Part shown: one piece after another, positions 1 to 8,416 of the stretch
How the letters are laid out: each line of letters starts with the position of its first letter
Numbering within the stretch: position 1 is the stretch's first letter
Assembly: GCA_043766165.1 (NCBI GenBank)
Contig: JAYUIJ010000011.1
Coordinates: 1-33,541, forward strand
Reading direction: 5' to 3'
Length of the DNA: 33,541 nt
Origin: Candidatus Kerfeldbacteria bacterium
Lineage (GTDB): Bacteria > Patescibacteriota > Patescibacteriia > SBBC01 > CAIJZX01
Made by a program: the position numbers and the translations under genes
The notes under the pieces: generated by a model
Told to the model about the DNA's origin: nothing
Seen by the model: only the letters and a program-made list of their open reading frames with translations
Database searches by the model: none

Positions 1-114
1 TTTCTCGTTCGTACTGATTCAGAATTTGCATAATGGTGGATAGTATGTCCTCCACCCCAGTATACCCTCCAAGTGTTGCAGGCTGACCTGAATTCAGTCC
101 ATTGTGGTGCGGGG

Positions 115-143
115 TTGACAAATTCCGTCAAATACCCTATACT
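115..143 (+). promoter_or_regulatory. Sigma70-type promoter (TTGACA-N17-TATACT) upstream of the high-GC ORF
   Basis: TTGACA at 115..120, exact 17-nt spacer, TATACT at 138..143. The same TTGACA-N17-TATACT architecture occurs at 9811 and 20484. Confidence 0.6.
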
Positions 144-179
144 GTTACGTTTGTCGTTCCTTATACTATAGCTTATAGG

Positions 180-230
180 CTGTGGCAGTAATAAGCGCAT
201 TTACTAGAAGTGCGTTTATTGCTGCCACGG
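180..230 (+). promoter_or_regulatory. Long stem-loop in the 5' leader of the high-GC ORF
   Basis: GTGGCAGTAATAAGCGCA (182..199) pairs with TGCGTTTATTGCTGCCAC (211..228) around an 11-nt loop. The two non-Watson-Crick positions are G:U only when read as plus-strand RNA. No U-run follows, so it is not a terminator. Confidence 0.55.
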
Positions 231-264
231 ATTGTCCTGGCCGCTCTTGTTAGGAGGGCAACAA

Positions 265-996
265 ATGCAGAACTTGTGGCGTGAAGATAATGGCGTGTTC
301 GACGTCATGTGCGGATCGAACATCACCAGCACCATCGCCGAAGCCATCACTCTGGCGACGGAGCAGAAGCGCCTCATCGCGTTCGAGTTCAACGGCGTGG
401 TCGTGAAGGTAGATTCGGGTTCCGAACCGAAGCTCATCTACCGCGACTGGGACCGCGCGCTCTGCGGATACATCGCAAAGAACGTCGGCCCTCGTCCGAG
501 TCCCGTTCTCACGGACGTGGAGAAGGTCAGCGACGCCAGCATCGAAGCCAAGAACGAGGAACGTCGTCAGAAGCGGCGGGCGGAGTACGACAAGAAAGCG
601 TGCTCTCACCGTGAGCGGGTCGAGGCCAAGCTGGCCAACACCCCCGCCATCGAGCTCGCCGACGAAGCTGGCTGGCAGAAGTTCAAGGACGCGAACACGG
701 ACGGCTACGGCGGTGGAGTCATCACCTACGCCGAGCGGTGGGCCAGGCTGATGCAAGTCGAGATGGCCAATGGGAAGAGTCTCAAAGAAGTGGCGGAAGC
801 TACATCGTCCGAGGCCGATATCGAAGGCATCACCGGCTTCATGTACGGTGCCGCGGTGGCTATGCTTTCGAAGGTGTGGATTCACGGCGATCAGTTCCGT
901 CGCTGGCACAACCTGAAAACCCAGATCGGTCACGAGGGTGAGCAGGCCAACGAGGAAGGCAACGTCCTCAATCCCGCGGTTCTGCGGATTGGCTAG
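265..996 (+). CDS. Hypothetical protein, 243 aa, compositionally foreign (high GC), no family recognised
   Basis: ATG at 265 lies 7 nt after AGGAGG (252..257), so the listed 232 TTG start is probably an over-extension. Third codon positions are GC-rich and the frame stays open to TAG at 994..996. Sampled 60-nt lines are 58-60% GC versus 40-43% in neighbouring genes. Confidence 0.8.
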   Translation: MQNLWREDNGVFDVMCGSNITSTIAEAITLATEQKRLIAFEFNGVVVKVDSGSEPKLIYRDWDRALCGYIAKNVGPRPSPVLTDVEKVSDASIEAKNEERRQKRRAEYDKKACSHRERVEAKLANTPAIELADEAGWQKFKDANTDGYGGGVITYAERWARLMQVEMANGKSLKEVAEATSSEADIEGITGFMYGAAVAMLSKVWIHGDQFRRWHNLKTQIGHEGEQANEEGNVLNPAVLRIG

Positions 997-1015
997 AACC
1001 ACAATATCGCACATC

Positions 1016-1099
1016 GAAACCAGAAATGGTTTCCGTCATCGAGCTTCGGCTCGGTGGACCCCCAATCCCACAAGGATTCGTAAGGGGGTCTATTGTTTT
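1016..1099 (+). terminator. Three consecutive hairpins ending in an intrinsic terminator (structured 3' UTR)
   Basis: GAAACCA-GAAA-TGGTTTC (1016..1033). A 9-bp stem with a TTCG loop (1036..1057). GACCCCC...GGGGGTC (1057..1090) with a nested AATCC/GGATT stem, followed by TATTGTTTT. Confidence 0.6.
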
Positions 1100-1204
1100 A
1101 CATAAAGAAATTCGAAAGTTTTTTACCCGTCCCAATACGGTAGGACAAAAATAAAAGAAATACATCGACTAACAGTGCGTAGATGAAAATCTTTAGTACA
1201 CTCT

Positions 1205-2245
1205 TTATAACTTGTCCACCAAATACAACGTCAATCCAACCAACGACGTAATCCCGCCAATAATCCAAAACCGCATCACAATTTTCGATTCGGCCCAACC
1301 TTTGGCTTCGAGATGATGATGAATCGGCGCGGAAATAAATATTTTTTTGTGACGTGTTTTTTTTGAAATGGTTTGGATGATGACTGACAGCGCCTCAATC
1401 ACAAATGGTAAGCAGATAACCGGAAGTAACAACGCTGAATTGGTTAACATGGCCACCACACCAAGCGTCACTCCAAGACCCATCGCGCCGGTATCGCCCA
1501 TCATAAATCTGGCCGGCGGAATATTGAACCATAAGAAAGCGGCTAACGATCCAACAATGACGGCAATGAAGCCAGCTAATTCTACTTTGCCTTGGGAAAA
1601 CGCGATGACACCAAAGGTCGTAAAGGCAATTAACATCAGTCCACCAGCCAGTCCATCTAGTCCATCGGTAATATCAACCGAGAAACCAGTCGCGACAATC
1701 ACAAAAATAAATAGTGGCGTGTACCACCATCCAATATCAATGTTCCCATTAAATGGAATATGTAGGGTCGTCCAATCAAGTTTCGTTACAAACCACCAGG
1801 CACCAATGGCGGCAATGATGGCGAATAATAATAAGCGCTGCCGCACTCGCAAGCCGCCGCCGTGAGCTCCCCGTTGGCGAATATTGTACATATCATCGAC
1901 TAAGCCAACCACCGCGGCTAAAATCATCAACCCCATCGGTAAGTAGGTTTCCGAACGCGACCAGAAATTCAAGTCATGTAAAATTCCTTGCGGTACCAAT
2001 CGCGCGACAATCCACCAGACTACTGCTGATACGACTGTGGTTCCCCAAATCAGGACACCAGCCATCGTCGGCGTCCCAAGTTTGTGGGCATGCATCGCGC
2101 TGTAGACTGGCGTTTCACTGGCGTCACGGATTTGTTTACCTAGTCGATGTTTAAATAAAAAATTCGTCAGAATTGGGGTGGCCACCAAAGCCATGATGGA
2201 TGAGGCGACCAAGAGAATAAAAATGTCGATGATGTGGGTCAGCAT
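1205..2245 (-). CDS. mraY: Phospho-N-acetylmuramoyl-pentapeptide transferase
   Basis: 346-aa polytopic membrane protein with typical MraY length and motifs (DDxxN-like 'VDDMYNI', 'GLDGLAGG', C-terminal 'APIHHHLE'). Confidence 0.95.
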   Translation of the reverse strand: MLTHIIDIFILLVASSIMALVATPILTNFLFKHRLGKQIRDASETPVYSAMHAHKLGTPTMAGVLIWGTTVVSAVVWWIVARLVPQGILHDLNFWSRSETYLPMGLMILAAVVGLVDDMYNIRQRGAHGGGLRVRQRLLLFAIIAAIGAWWFVTKLDWTTLHIPFNGNIDIGWWYTPLFIFVIVATGFSVDITDGLDGLAGGLMLIAFTTFGVIAFSQGKVELAGFIAVIVGSLAAFLWFNIPPARFMMGDTGAMGLGVTLGVVAMLTNSALLLPVICLPFVIEALSVIIQTISKKTRHKKIFISAPIHHHLEAKGWAESKIVMRFWIIGGITSLVGLTLYLVDKL

Positions 2246-2610
2246 TAGAAGGTGGCAGTCCGGAGGACCAGGATAATTGCGCCGAGGTTAACGGCAATAA
2301 GCAGGTTAAGCATGACCGCCAAGAGCAGCCACAATCGTCGCCAGGTTGGATGTTGAACTCCGCCAGCGATAACGGCATGAGCCAGCAGAACTACTGCGCC
2401 GGCGCCTGGTAACCAGAAAAAGGCCTTCCATGGACCAGTCAAAGCAATCCCGAAGTATATGGTATAGTGTAACGGATTTAACGATTGGCTGGGACGGACA
2501 AATTTCAGAATCGCCGCGCAATCAACAGCCACTAATACAAGACAAGCGATCATATACCAACGCGTCGTTGGGTCTCGGAAAATACTTTTACCAATATCTT
2601 TCACGTTCAT
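2245..2610 (-). CDS. Small multi-pass membrane protein, unknown function
   Basis: 121 aa with about 4 hydrophobic helices. Its TAA overlaps the mraY ATG (TAATG at 2243..2247), which suggests translational coupling. Confidence 0.6.
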   Translation of the reverse strand: MNVKDIGKSIFRDPTTRWYMIACLVLVAVDCAAILKFVRPSQSLNPLHYTIYFGIALTGPWKAFFWLPGAGAVVLLAHAVIAGGVQHPTWRRLWLLLAVMLNLLIAVNLGAIILVLRTATF

Positions 2611-2619
2611 ACAAGAGTG

Positions 2620-4365
2620 ATGAAACCGAATCTAGCTAAACTATACTTAGTACTGATTATTGCTTCAGCGTTTACTTGGCAGTGTATCGGCGCTTGGCAG
2701 GATAGTCAAACGACGGACGAAGCAGTCCACCTAACGGCGGGGCTCAGTTACTGGCAAACGGGCAGTTTTAGGCTCAATCCGGAACATCCGTCATTGTTCA
2801 AATTATGGGCGTCACTACCGTTACACCTGCTTCCCAACACTCAGATAACCAACCTGGATCAAACCCAATGGTTAGTCGGCATCGATTATCTTTACCATAG
2901 CACTGCCCAAGAACAGTATAATTCTAGATTCCTCTTAGTAGCCGGACGCTTTCCTATGATTCTCATTTGGCTAGGATTAATCCTGACGACGATGATTTAT
3001 TCCTGGCGACGATGGGGACCGTGGAGCGCCGTGGCCGTCACAGCAGTGCTGGCGTACGATCCAAATTTTCTGGGGCACGGGCACCTGATCACGAACGATG
3101 TGGCCACCGCCTTTGCCTATCTTGGCGCTTGTTTAACCTTGAACTGGTTCATCGAACACCCATCATGGAAACGACTAGGCATTTTTTCAAGTCTTTTTTC
3201 AGTGGCGCTACTGACAAAGTTTTCTACGATTGTGTTGTGGCTGGTGGTGCCGATTATTGGTTTGATGGCCATTATTTACCAACGACCCAACTTTACCTGG
3301 CGCTGGTGGTGGCGATTAATGCTTGGTTGTTTGGTGGTCACGACCATCATGACGTGGCTAGCCTATGGTGGCAAGTTTACTCGGATTAACGCAGATCCAT
3401 TGATCGATCGGCTGTGGCAAACTCGTTCGTACCTCGTCAACAACCATCTGGAAGCAACGGTACCAACATACACTCGATTGTTCATTCATCTGGCCGATCC
3501 AGATCGACTGAGCGGAAAAGTTTTAACCAATGTTCAGCACTGGTCAATCCCTGCCTATGCCTATTGGTACGGTTTTTTCTCAGCCTTCAGTCACAACGCT
3601 TACGGCCATGCCGCCTATTTGCTCGGCCATGTTTCCGAATTGGGCTGGTGGTACTATTTTCCGGTGGCGATGGGAGTTAAAACGCCAATCTTGACTTTGT
3701 TTCTCCTGCTTGTCTGGCTGATTATCAGCGTCGCCATTCACGGTGAGCAGTGGCGAAAAAAAAGATGGGCCGAACGGGTACCATTTGATTTTTGGATTTT
3801 AGTTTTTCCGCCGTTGTTGTTTTTTTTGTGGAGTATGACGAGTCATATCAATATCGGTTTCCGCCATATTTTTGCGACCTATGTGTTTTTTCCCCTCGCC
3901 GCTGGAAGCGCACTGCACTATCTGCACCGACGTGGCACACGATGGATTCCAGGAATCGCCATGAGCATTGCCATTGTTACAATGACCGTCGGTACCCTTG
4001 CCTGGCCGAACACGATTGGCTACTTTAATGGTTTCGCGGGCGGAGCAAAAAATGGTTGGCACTATGTAACCGACTCAAATCTTGATTGGGGTCAGGATTA
4101 CATTCGCCTTCACAATTTTTTTGATCAACAGAAGTTCTCCGAAGTTCACGTCGCCTTATTTGGTTCAGTGCCATCGAATGTCTACTTTCCCGAAGCCACG
4201 GGCGTGATGAGGGATGATGAAATTACTGCTGGCTTACATCCCTCTGGGATTATTGCTGTCTCATACAACGAATTGTACTTTGGAGATACATCGTTAACTT
4301 GGTTACGATCCCAGGCACCAACGTGGCGAATTGGATCATCAATTCTTGTTTTTGATTTTCGTTGA
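2620..4365 (+). CDS. GT-C fold membrane glycosyltransferase (PMT/ArnT-like, GT39/GT83 type)
   Basis: About 581 aa with many TM helices and an N-terminal loop motif 'DEAVHLTAG' typical of PMT_2/ArnT-like enzymes. Start is ATG 2620 or GTG 2617. Confidence 0.8.
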   Translation: MKPNLAKLYLVLIIASAFTWQCIGAWQDSQTTDEAVHLTAGLSYWQTGSFRLNPEHPSLFKLWASLPLHLLPNTQITNLDQTQWLVGIDYLYHSTAQEQYNSRFLLVAGRFPMILIWLGLILTTMIYSWRRWGPWSAVAVTAVLAYDPNFLGHGHLITNDVATAFAYLGACLTLNWFIEHPSWKRLGIFSSLFSVALLTKFSTIVLWLVVPIIGLMAIIYQRPNFTWRWWWRLMLGCLVVTTIMTWLAYGGKFTRINADPLIDRLWQTRSYLVNNHLEATVPTYTRLFIHLADPDRLSGKVLTNVQHWSIPAYAYWYGFFSAFSHNAYGHAAYLLGHVSELGWWYYFPVAMGVKTPILTLFLLLVWLIISVAIHGEQWRKKRWAERVPFDFWILVFPPLLFFLWSMTSHINIGFRHIFATYVFFPLAAGSALHYLHRRGTRWIPGIAMSIAIVTMTVGTLAWPNTIGYFNGFAGGAKNGWHYVTDSNLDWGQDYIRLHNFFDQQKFSEVHVALFGSVPSNVYFPEATGVMRDDEITAGLHPSGIIAVSYNELYFGDTSLTWLRSQAPTWRIGSSILVFDFR

Positions 4366-4390
4366 CGATTGAGGTCGGTTATGCTATAAT
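4362..4390 (+). promoter_or_regulatory. Sigma70-type promoter for the pilus operon (TTGACG-N17-TATAAT)
   Basis: TTGACG at 4362..4367 overlaps the stop codon of the upstream gene. A 17-nt spacer precedes TATAAT at 4385..4390, with TGC just upstream. Confidence 0.55.
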
Positions 4391-4438
4391 CGAGGCCGTT
4401 CACAAAGAAAAAATAGTGCCGTTTCATTGCATTTTTGA

Positions 4439-6163
4439 ATGGCCAAACAACAACACATTAAAGATATTATCATCAACAGCAAAGTAGCCACCACCGAGCA
4501 GGTTGAGGCGGCTTTTCGGCAAGCGACAGAAAAACATAGCACCTTACCGGAAGAACTGATTGCCACCCATGCGGTAACAGAGCAAGTACTGTATGAAACA
4601 TTGGCGACCAGCTGGAAGCTGCCGTTTATTGACCTTGGTAATCAAAATATCCGGCGCGATGTACTGAACATCATTCCTGAACCAATTGTTCAGGTTCATG
4701 GCATCGTAGCCTACGATACAACCTCAACTGAGATCAAAGTCGCCATGATTGACCCACAAGACGTGGAAATCATCGACTTCGTAGCAAAAAAAAGTGGCCT
4801 GAAGGTGGCCATTGCGCTGACTTCGCCGTCGAGCATCAAAGCAGTTCTAAAACAGTATCATCGCGGACTGAAAGCTGAATTTGAACATATTAATGAGGTT
4901 CCGATTGATACATCCAGCACGCCAGAAGATCTGAAACAACTCGCCACCGATGTGCCCGTTATTCGCGTCGTAGATACTCTACTCGAATACGCAGTCTACG
5001 AAGGCGCATCAGATATCCATATTGAACCAAACGAAAACGATACGATTGTACGCTATCGGGTTGATGGGGTTCTGCGTGAAGTTATGACTTTACCGAAAAA
5101 AGTTCAGTCCGGTGTCGTCGCCCGCATTAAAATTTTAGCCAATTTAAAAATTGATGAGCATCGCCTGCCGCAAGACGGACGGTTTAAAATACAAACTGAT
5201 GAATACGGAGTCGCCTTCCGCGTCAGCATTCTGCCGGTCTACGATGGTGAAAAAATTGTTTTACGTTTACTGAATGAATCGGCCCAAATTCTTACCCTAG
5301 AGCAGCTCGGTTTTCAGCCGTCCGTTTTCGAATTAGTAAAACGCAATATTACAAAACCGCATGGTCAAATTTTTGTCAGCGGCCCGACCGGCTCGGGAAA
5401 AACAACCACGCTGTATACGATTCTCAATATCATCAACACACCAAAGGTAAATGTTTCCACGATTGAGGACCCAATTGAATATCGGATGCCCGGTATTAAC
5501 CAAACACAAGTCAATCCAAAAATTGGCATGACGTTTGCGGCCGGGTTACGGTCGCTGTTACGACAGGATCCGAACATCATCATGGTTGGAGAAATTCGTG
5601 ATGAAGAAACCGCGGAAATTTCCGCGCACGCGGCGCTAACTGGTCACTTAGTCTTATCCACCATCCACACCAATGACGCCGTGACGGTCATTCCCCGTTT
5701 AACCGAAATGAAAGTACCGACGTTTTTGATTGCTAGTACCACAAACTTAATTATTGCTCAACGCTTGGTCCGAAAAATTTGCCCGCACTGTATTGAAAGT
5801 TACGTCTTATCGAAACAAGCTGTAGCCGAATTGGCTAAGCAAATTAATGTTGAGTTCTTACTCGAAACATTAATTAAAGCCAGCGCAATTTTACCAGATC
5901 AAAAAGTGGAAGACTTATTATTCTACCGTGGACGTGGGTGCAAAGCCTGCAATGACGAAGGATATAAAGGTCGGGTAGGGATTTATGAAGCGTTGTCGAT
6001 GACGGAAAAGTTATCAAAAGTTATTTTGGAGAATGGTCATGCCGATGATGTCCGCACGGCGGCTATTGCCGAAGGCATGGTGACGATGACGCAGGATGGA
6101 TTTTTAAAAGCGAAAGCTGGCATAACCACCATTGAAGAACTCTTGCGGGTCACCAAAGACTAA
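4439..6163 (+). CDS. pilB: Type IV pilus / T2SS assembly ATPase (GspE/PilB family)
   Basis: N-terminal T2SSE_N-like domain, Walker A 'GPTGSGKTT', Asp/His boxes, and a tetracysteine motif 'CPHC...CKAC'. Confidence 0.9.
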   Translation: MAKQQHIKDIIINSKVATTEQVEAAFRQATEKHSTLPEELIATHAVTEQVLYETLATSWKLPFIDLGNQNIRRDVLNIIPEPIVQVHGIVAYDTTSTEIKVAMIDPQDVEIIDFVAKKSGLKVAIALTSPSSIKAVLKQYHRGLKAEFEHINEVPIDTSSTPEDLKQLATDVPVIRVVDTLLEYAVYEGASDIHIEPNENDTIVRYRVDGVLREVMTLPKKVQSGVVARIKILANLKIDEHRLPQDGRFKIQTDEYGVAFRVSILPVYDGEKIVLRLLNESAQILTLEQLGFQPSVFELVKRNITKPHGQIFVSGPTGSGKTTTLYTILNIINTPKVNVSTIEDPIEYRMPGINQTQVNPKIGMTFAAGLRSLLRQDPNIIMVGEIRDEETAEISAHAALTGHLVLSTIHTNDAVTVIPRLTEMKVPTFLIASTTNLIIAQRLVRKICPHCIESYVLSKQAVAELAKQINVEFLLETLIKASAILPDQKVEDLLFYRGRGCKACNDEGYKGRVGIYEALSMTEKLSKVILENGHADDVRTAAIAEGMVTMTQDGFLKAKAGITTIEELLRVTKD

Positions 6164-6164
6164 C

Positions 6165-7382
6165 ATGCCCGTTTACACCTACACCGCTAAAAATAGCGCT
6201 AAAAAGACGATAAAGGGTCAGTTCGCCGCCGTCAGCGACAAGGCTTTAGCGACCGCCTTAAAGCAGCAAGGATTGACTGTCACCTCCAGTACTGTTGCCG
6301 GAGCATCGAGCAATGCCGTCAGTAAATTTTTTGAACAACTGCAACGTGTGCCGGTTGTGCAGAAAGTATTCTTCACGCAAAACCTAGGCGTGATGATTCG
6401 TGGTGGTTTTTCTATCAGTCGGGCGATGGGCACTTTGGCCGCCCAAACAAGCAACAAGTATTTCCGGACAATCATCTTGTCACTCCAAAACGACTTAGAG
6501 TCCGGCATGGGATTTGCTGTGGCCTTAAAAAAGTATCCGCGTGTTTTCCCTGAACTCTTTACCAATATGATTGCCGCGGGAGAGGTGAGCGGTAAACTGG
6601 ACGACGTGCTTAAAACGCTAACCATACAAATGAAAAAAGATCATCAATTGATTAGCAAAGTCAAAGGTGCAATGACCTATCCGATTGTGGTGATTGTGGC
6701 CATGATTGGGGCCGGCGTAGCTATGATCACCTTTGTCATCCCGAAACTGCTCGACGTTTTTACGCAGGCCAATGTTCAACTCCCCTTGCCAACCCGGATC
6801 TTGATTGCTATTAGTCACCAACTGACCTCCTATGGGTTGTGGTACGGACTTGGTACGGTTGGATTAGTAGTCGGGATTTCACTGATTGCTCAAACCCAGA
6901 ATGGCAAAAGTTTTTTTGATCGGGTGGCACTGAACACGCCAATTCTTGGACCGATTGTCAAAAAAATAAATCAAGCTCGATTTACGCGTAATCTTAGTTC
7001 AATGTTAGCGACGGACATTCCGATCATTCAAGCCTTCCAAATTATTTCCAATACCCTCAGCAGTCCGCATTATCGTCAATCGATTGATCAGGCCAGCCAA
7101 GCACTTCGCACCGGAACTACGATTGCTAAAGTCTTAGAGCGCTACCCAAAGCTGTATCCCCCGCTGATCCAGCAAATGGTCAATGTGGGTGAAGAAAGCG
7201 GGACACTGGATGAAGTAGCTGGTGAGTTAGCCACCTTTTTAGAAGAAGAGGTTGACCAAACGATGGCGAACCTGTCAACGATCATTGAACCTGTACTTTT
7301 ACTTGTACTTGGGGTGGCCGTGGCTGGCATGGCCGTGGCGATTCTCTTACCGATGTATAATTTATCTAGCGCCATTAATTAA
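6165..7382 (+). CDS. pilC: Type IV pilus platform protein (GspF/PilC family)
   Basis: Two GspF repeats with 3 TM segments. ATG 6165 lies just after the pilB stop, so the listed 6132 start overlaps pilB and is less likely. Confidence 0.9.
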   Translation: MPVYTYTAKNSAKKTIKGQFAAVSDKALATALKQQGLTVTSSTVAGASSNAVSKFFEQLQRVPVVQKVFFTQNLGVMIRGGFSISRAMGTLAAQTSNKYFRTIILSLQNDLESGMGFAVALKKYPRVFPELFTNMIAAGEVSGKLDDVLKTLTIQMKKDHQLISKVKGAMTYPIVVIVAMIGAGVAMITFVIPKLLDVFTQANVQLPLPTRILIAISHQLTSYGLWYGLGTVGLVVGISLIAQTQNGKSFFDRVALNTPILGPIVKKINQARFTRNLSSMLATDIPIIQAFQIISNTLSSPHYRQSIDQASQALRTGTTIAKVLERYPKLYPPLIQQMVNVGEESGTLDEVAGELATFLEEEVDQTMANLSTIIEPVLLLVLGVAVAGMAVAILLPMYNLSSAIN

Positions 7383-7385
7383 TAT

Positions 7386-8414
7386 ATGCACCCAGTCGCC
7401 GTCGATATTAGCGATACCATCATCCGCTTGATCCACCTGGAACACGCGGGGCGGGCGTGGAAACTGCGGACGCGGGCGGAAATTCCCGTTCCGGCTGGTT
7501 TGATTGAGGACGGCGATATTCAGCGTCCAGCCGAAGTTAGTCAGTTACTCAAAGCCTTAGTTAAAGCAGCTGACATCCATACTAAAGATATATTACTAGC
7601 CTTGCCAGAACGACATACATTTGTGAAGCTCATTAGTTTGCCGGCTGATGACAAAAAGGATATTCCTGGCGCAATTAGTAAGGCCCTACCGGAACACATT
7701 CCGTACACCTTGGAAGAAGTGTACTGGGATTGGCATAAACTTGATCGCCTGAACTCGCTGGGTCAGCCCCAAATTCTCATCGGCGCTTCCCCGAAGACAA
7801 CCGTTGATACCTATGTCCATGTCACTGAAGCGGCTGGGTTACACATGGCCGACGCGGAAGTTGAATCGATTGCTATTGCTCGGGCGACACTTGGGCCACA
7901 GCCACCAGATGACGCCCGGATTATTCTGGACTTAGGACGAACTCGATCAACGCTGATTTTAGTTGATCACGGGGTAGTTCAATTTACTAACACCCTGCGT
8001 TATGCCGGTCGTGAATTAAATCGCTACATTGCTGACGAGCTGCACATCACCTTAGAGCAAGCTGAGCGAGCAAAAGCTGTTTTTGGCCTCGACCAAAACC
8101 GTGGCCAAGGATTATTACGTAAAGTGCTCGCTCCACACATAGACGCCATTGCAGTTGCAGTTGATGATGTCGAACATTTTTTTGAAGAACATTTTGTCGA
8201 CCATCGACCAATTACTACCATCCAGCTGAGCGGTAGCGGAGCTCTTCTGCGTGGGATTGATGCTGAATTACGACAACGCTTAGACCAAGACGTGATCCTC
8301 ACTCCATCGTGGATGTTTCAACAACTGCAGCAGCACGAAGATTTGCCGCAAGAACTTGGGTATACGTATTCCACGGTCTTCGGTTTAGCCCTCCGTGAAT
8401 CGTTTACTGAATAA
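7386..8414 (+). CDS. pilM: Type IV pilus assembly protein PilM (actin-like ATPase fold)
   Basis: 342 aa. Position after pilC and the PilM-like N-terminus 'VDISDTIIRLIHLE' fit; it is followed by PilN- and PilO-like genes. Confidence 0.8.
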   Translation: MHPVAVDISDTIIRLIHLEHAGRAWKLRTRAEIPVPAGLIEDGDIQRPAEVSQLLKALVKAADIHTKDILLALPERHTFVKLISLPADDKKDIPGAISKALPEHIPYTLEEVYWDWHKLDRLNSLGQPQILIGASPKTTVDTYVHVTEAAGLHMADAEVESIAIARATLGPQPPDDARIILDLGRTRSTLILVDHGVVQFTNTLRYAGRELNRYIADELHITLEQAERAKAVFGLDQNRGQGLLRKVLAPHIDAIAVAVDDVEHFFEEHFVDHRPITTIQLSGSGALLRGIDAELRQRLDQDVILTPSWMFQQLQQHEDLPQELGYTYSTVFGLALRESFTE

Positions 8415-8416
8415 CT

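Noticed and set aside
1-114. Possible truncated gene at the window edge (a plus-frame ending at TAA 31..33, or a minus-strand ATG at 31 running off the edge) and a GGTGGA/TCCACC hairpin at 34..55
   Set aside because: The region is too short to judge, there is no RBS, and there is no U-tract after the hairpin. Sequence upstream of the window is needed.
232-264. The listed TTG start at 232 for the high-GC ORF
   Set aside because: It would place the AGGAGG motif and part of the leader inside the CDS. ATG 265, with a Shine-Dalgarno site 7 nt upstream, is the better start.
250-1014. 254-aa minus-strand ORF, plus the 309..614 and 738..941 plus-strand ORFs, overlapping the high-GC gene
   Set aside because: Long stop-free alternative frames are expected in DNA near 60% GC. 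Their products are low-complexity and R/G/P/H-rich, and they lack a start context. The 265..996 frame has the Shine-Dalgarno site, the promoter and a balanced composition.
1368-1865. 165-aa plus-strand ORF antisense to mraY, and similar antisense ORFs inside pyrG, the S41 protease gene, murA, the GT-C genes, wzx and wzt
   Set aside because: All lie fully within confidently identified genes on the opposite strand. They have no start signals and no recognisable domains.
6132-6164. The listed pilC start at 6132, overlapping pilB by 32 nt
   Set aside because: The ATG at 6165 immediately follows the pilB stop and yields a typical PilC N-terminus (MPVYTYTAKN).
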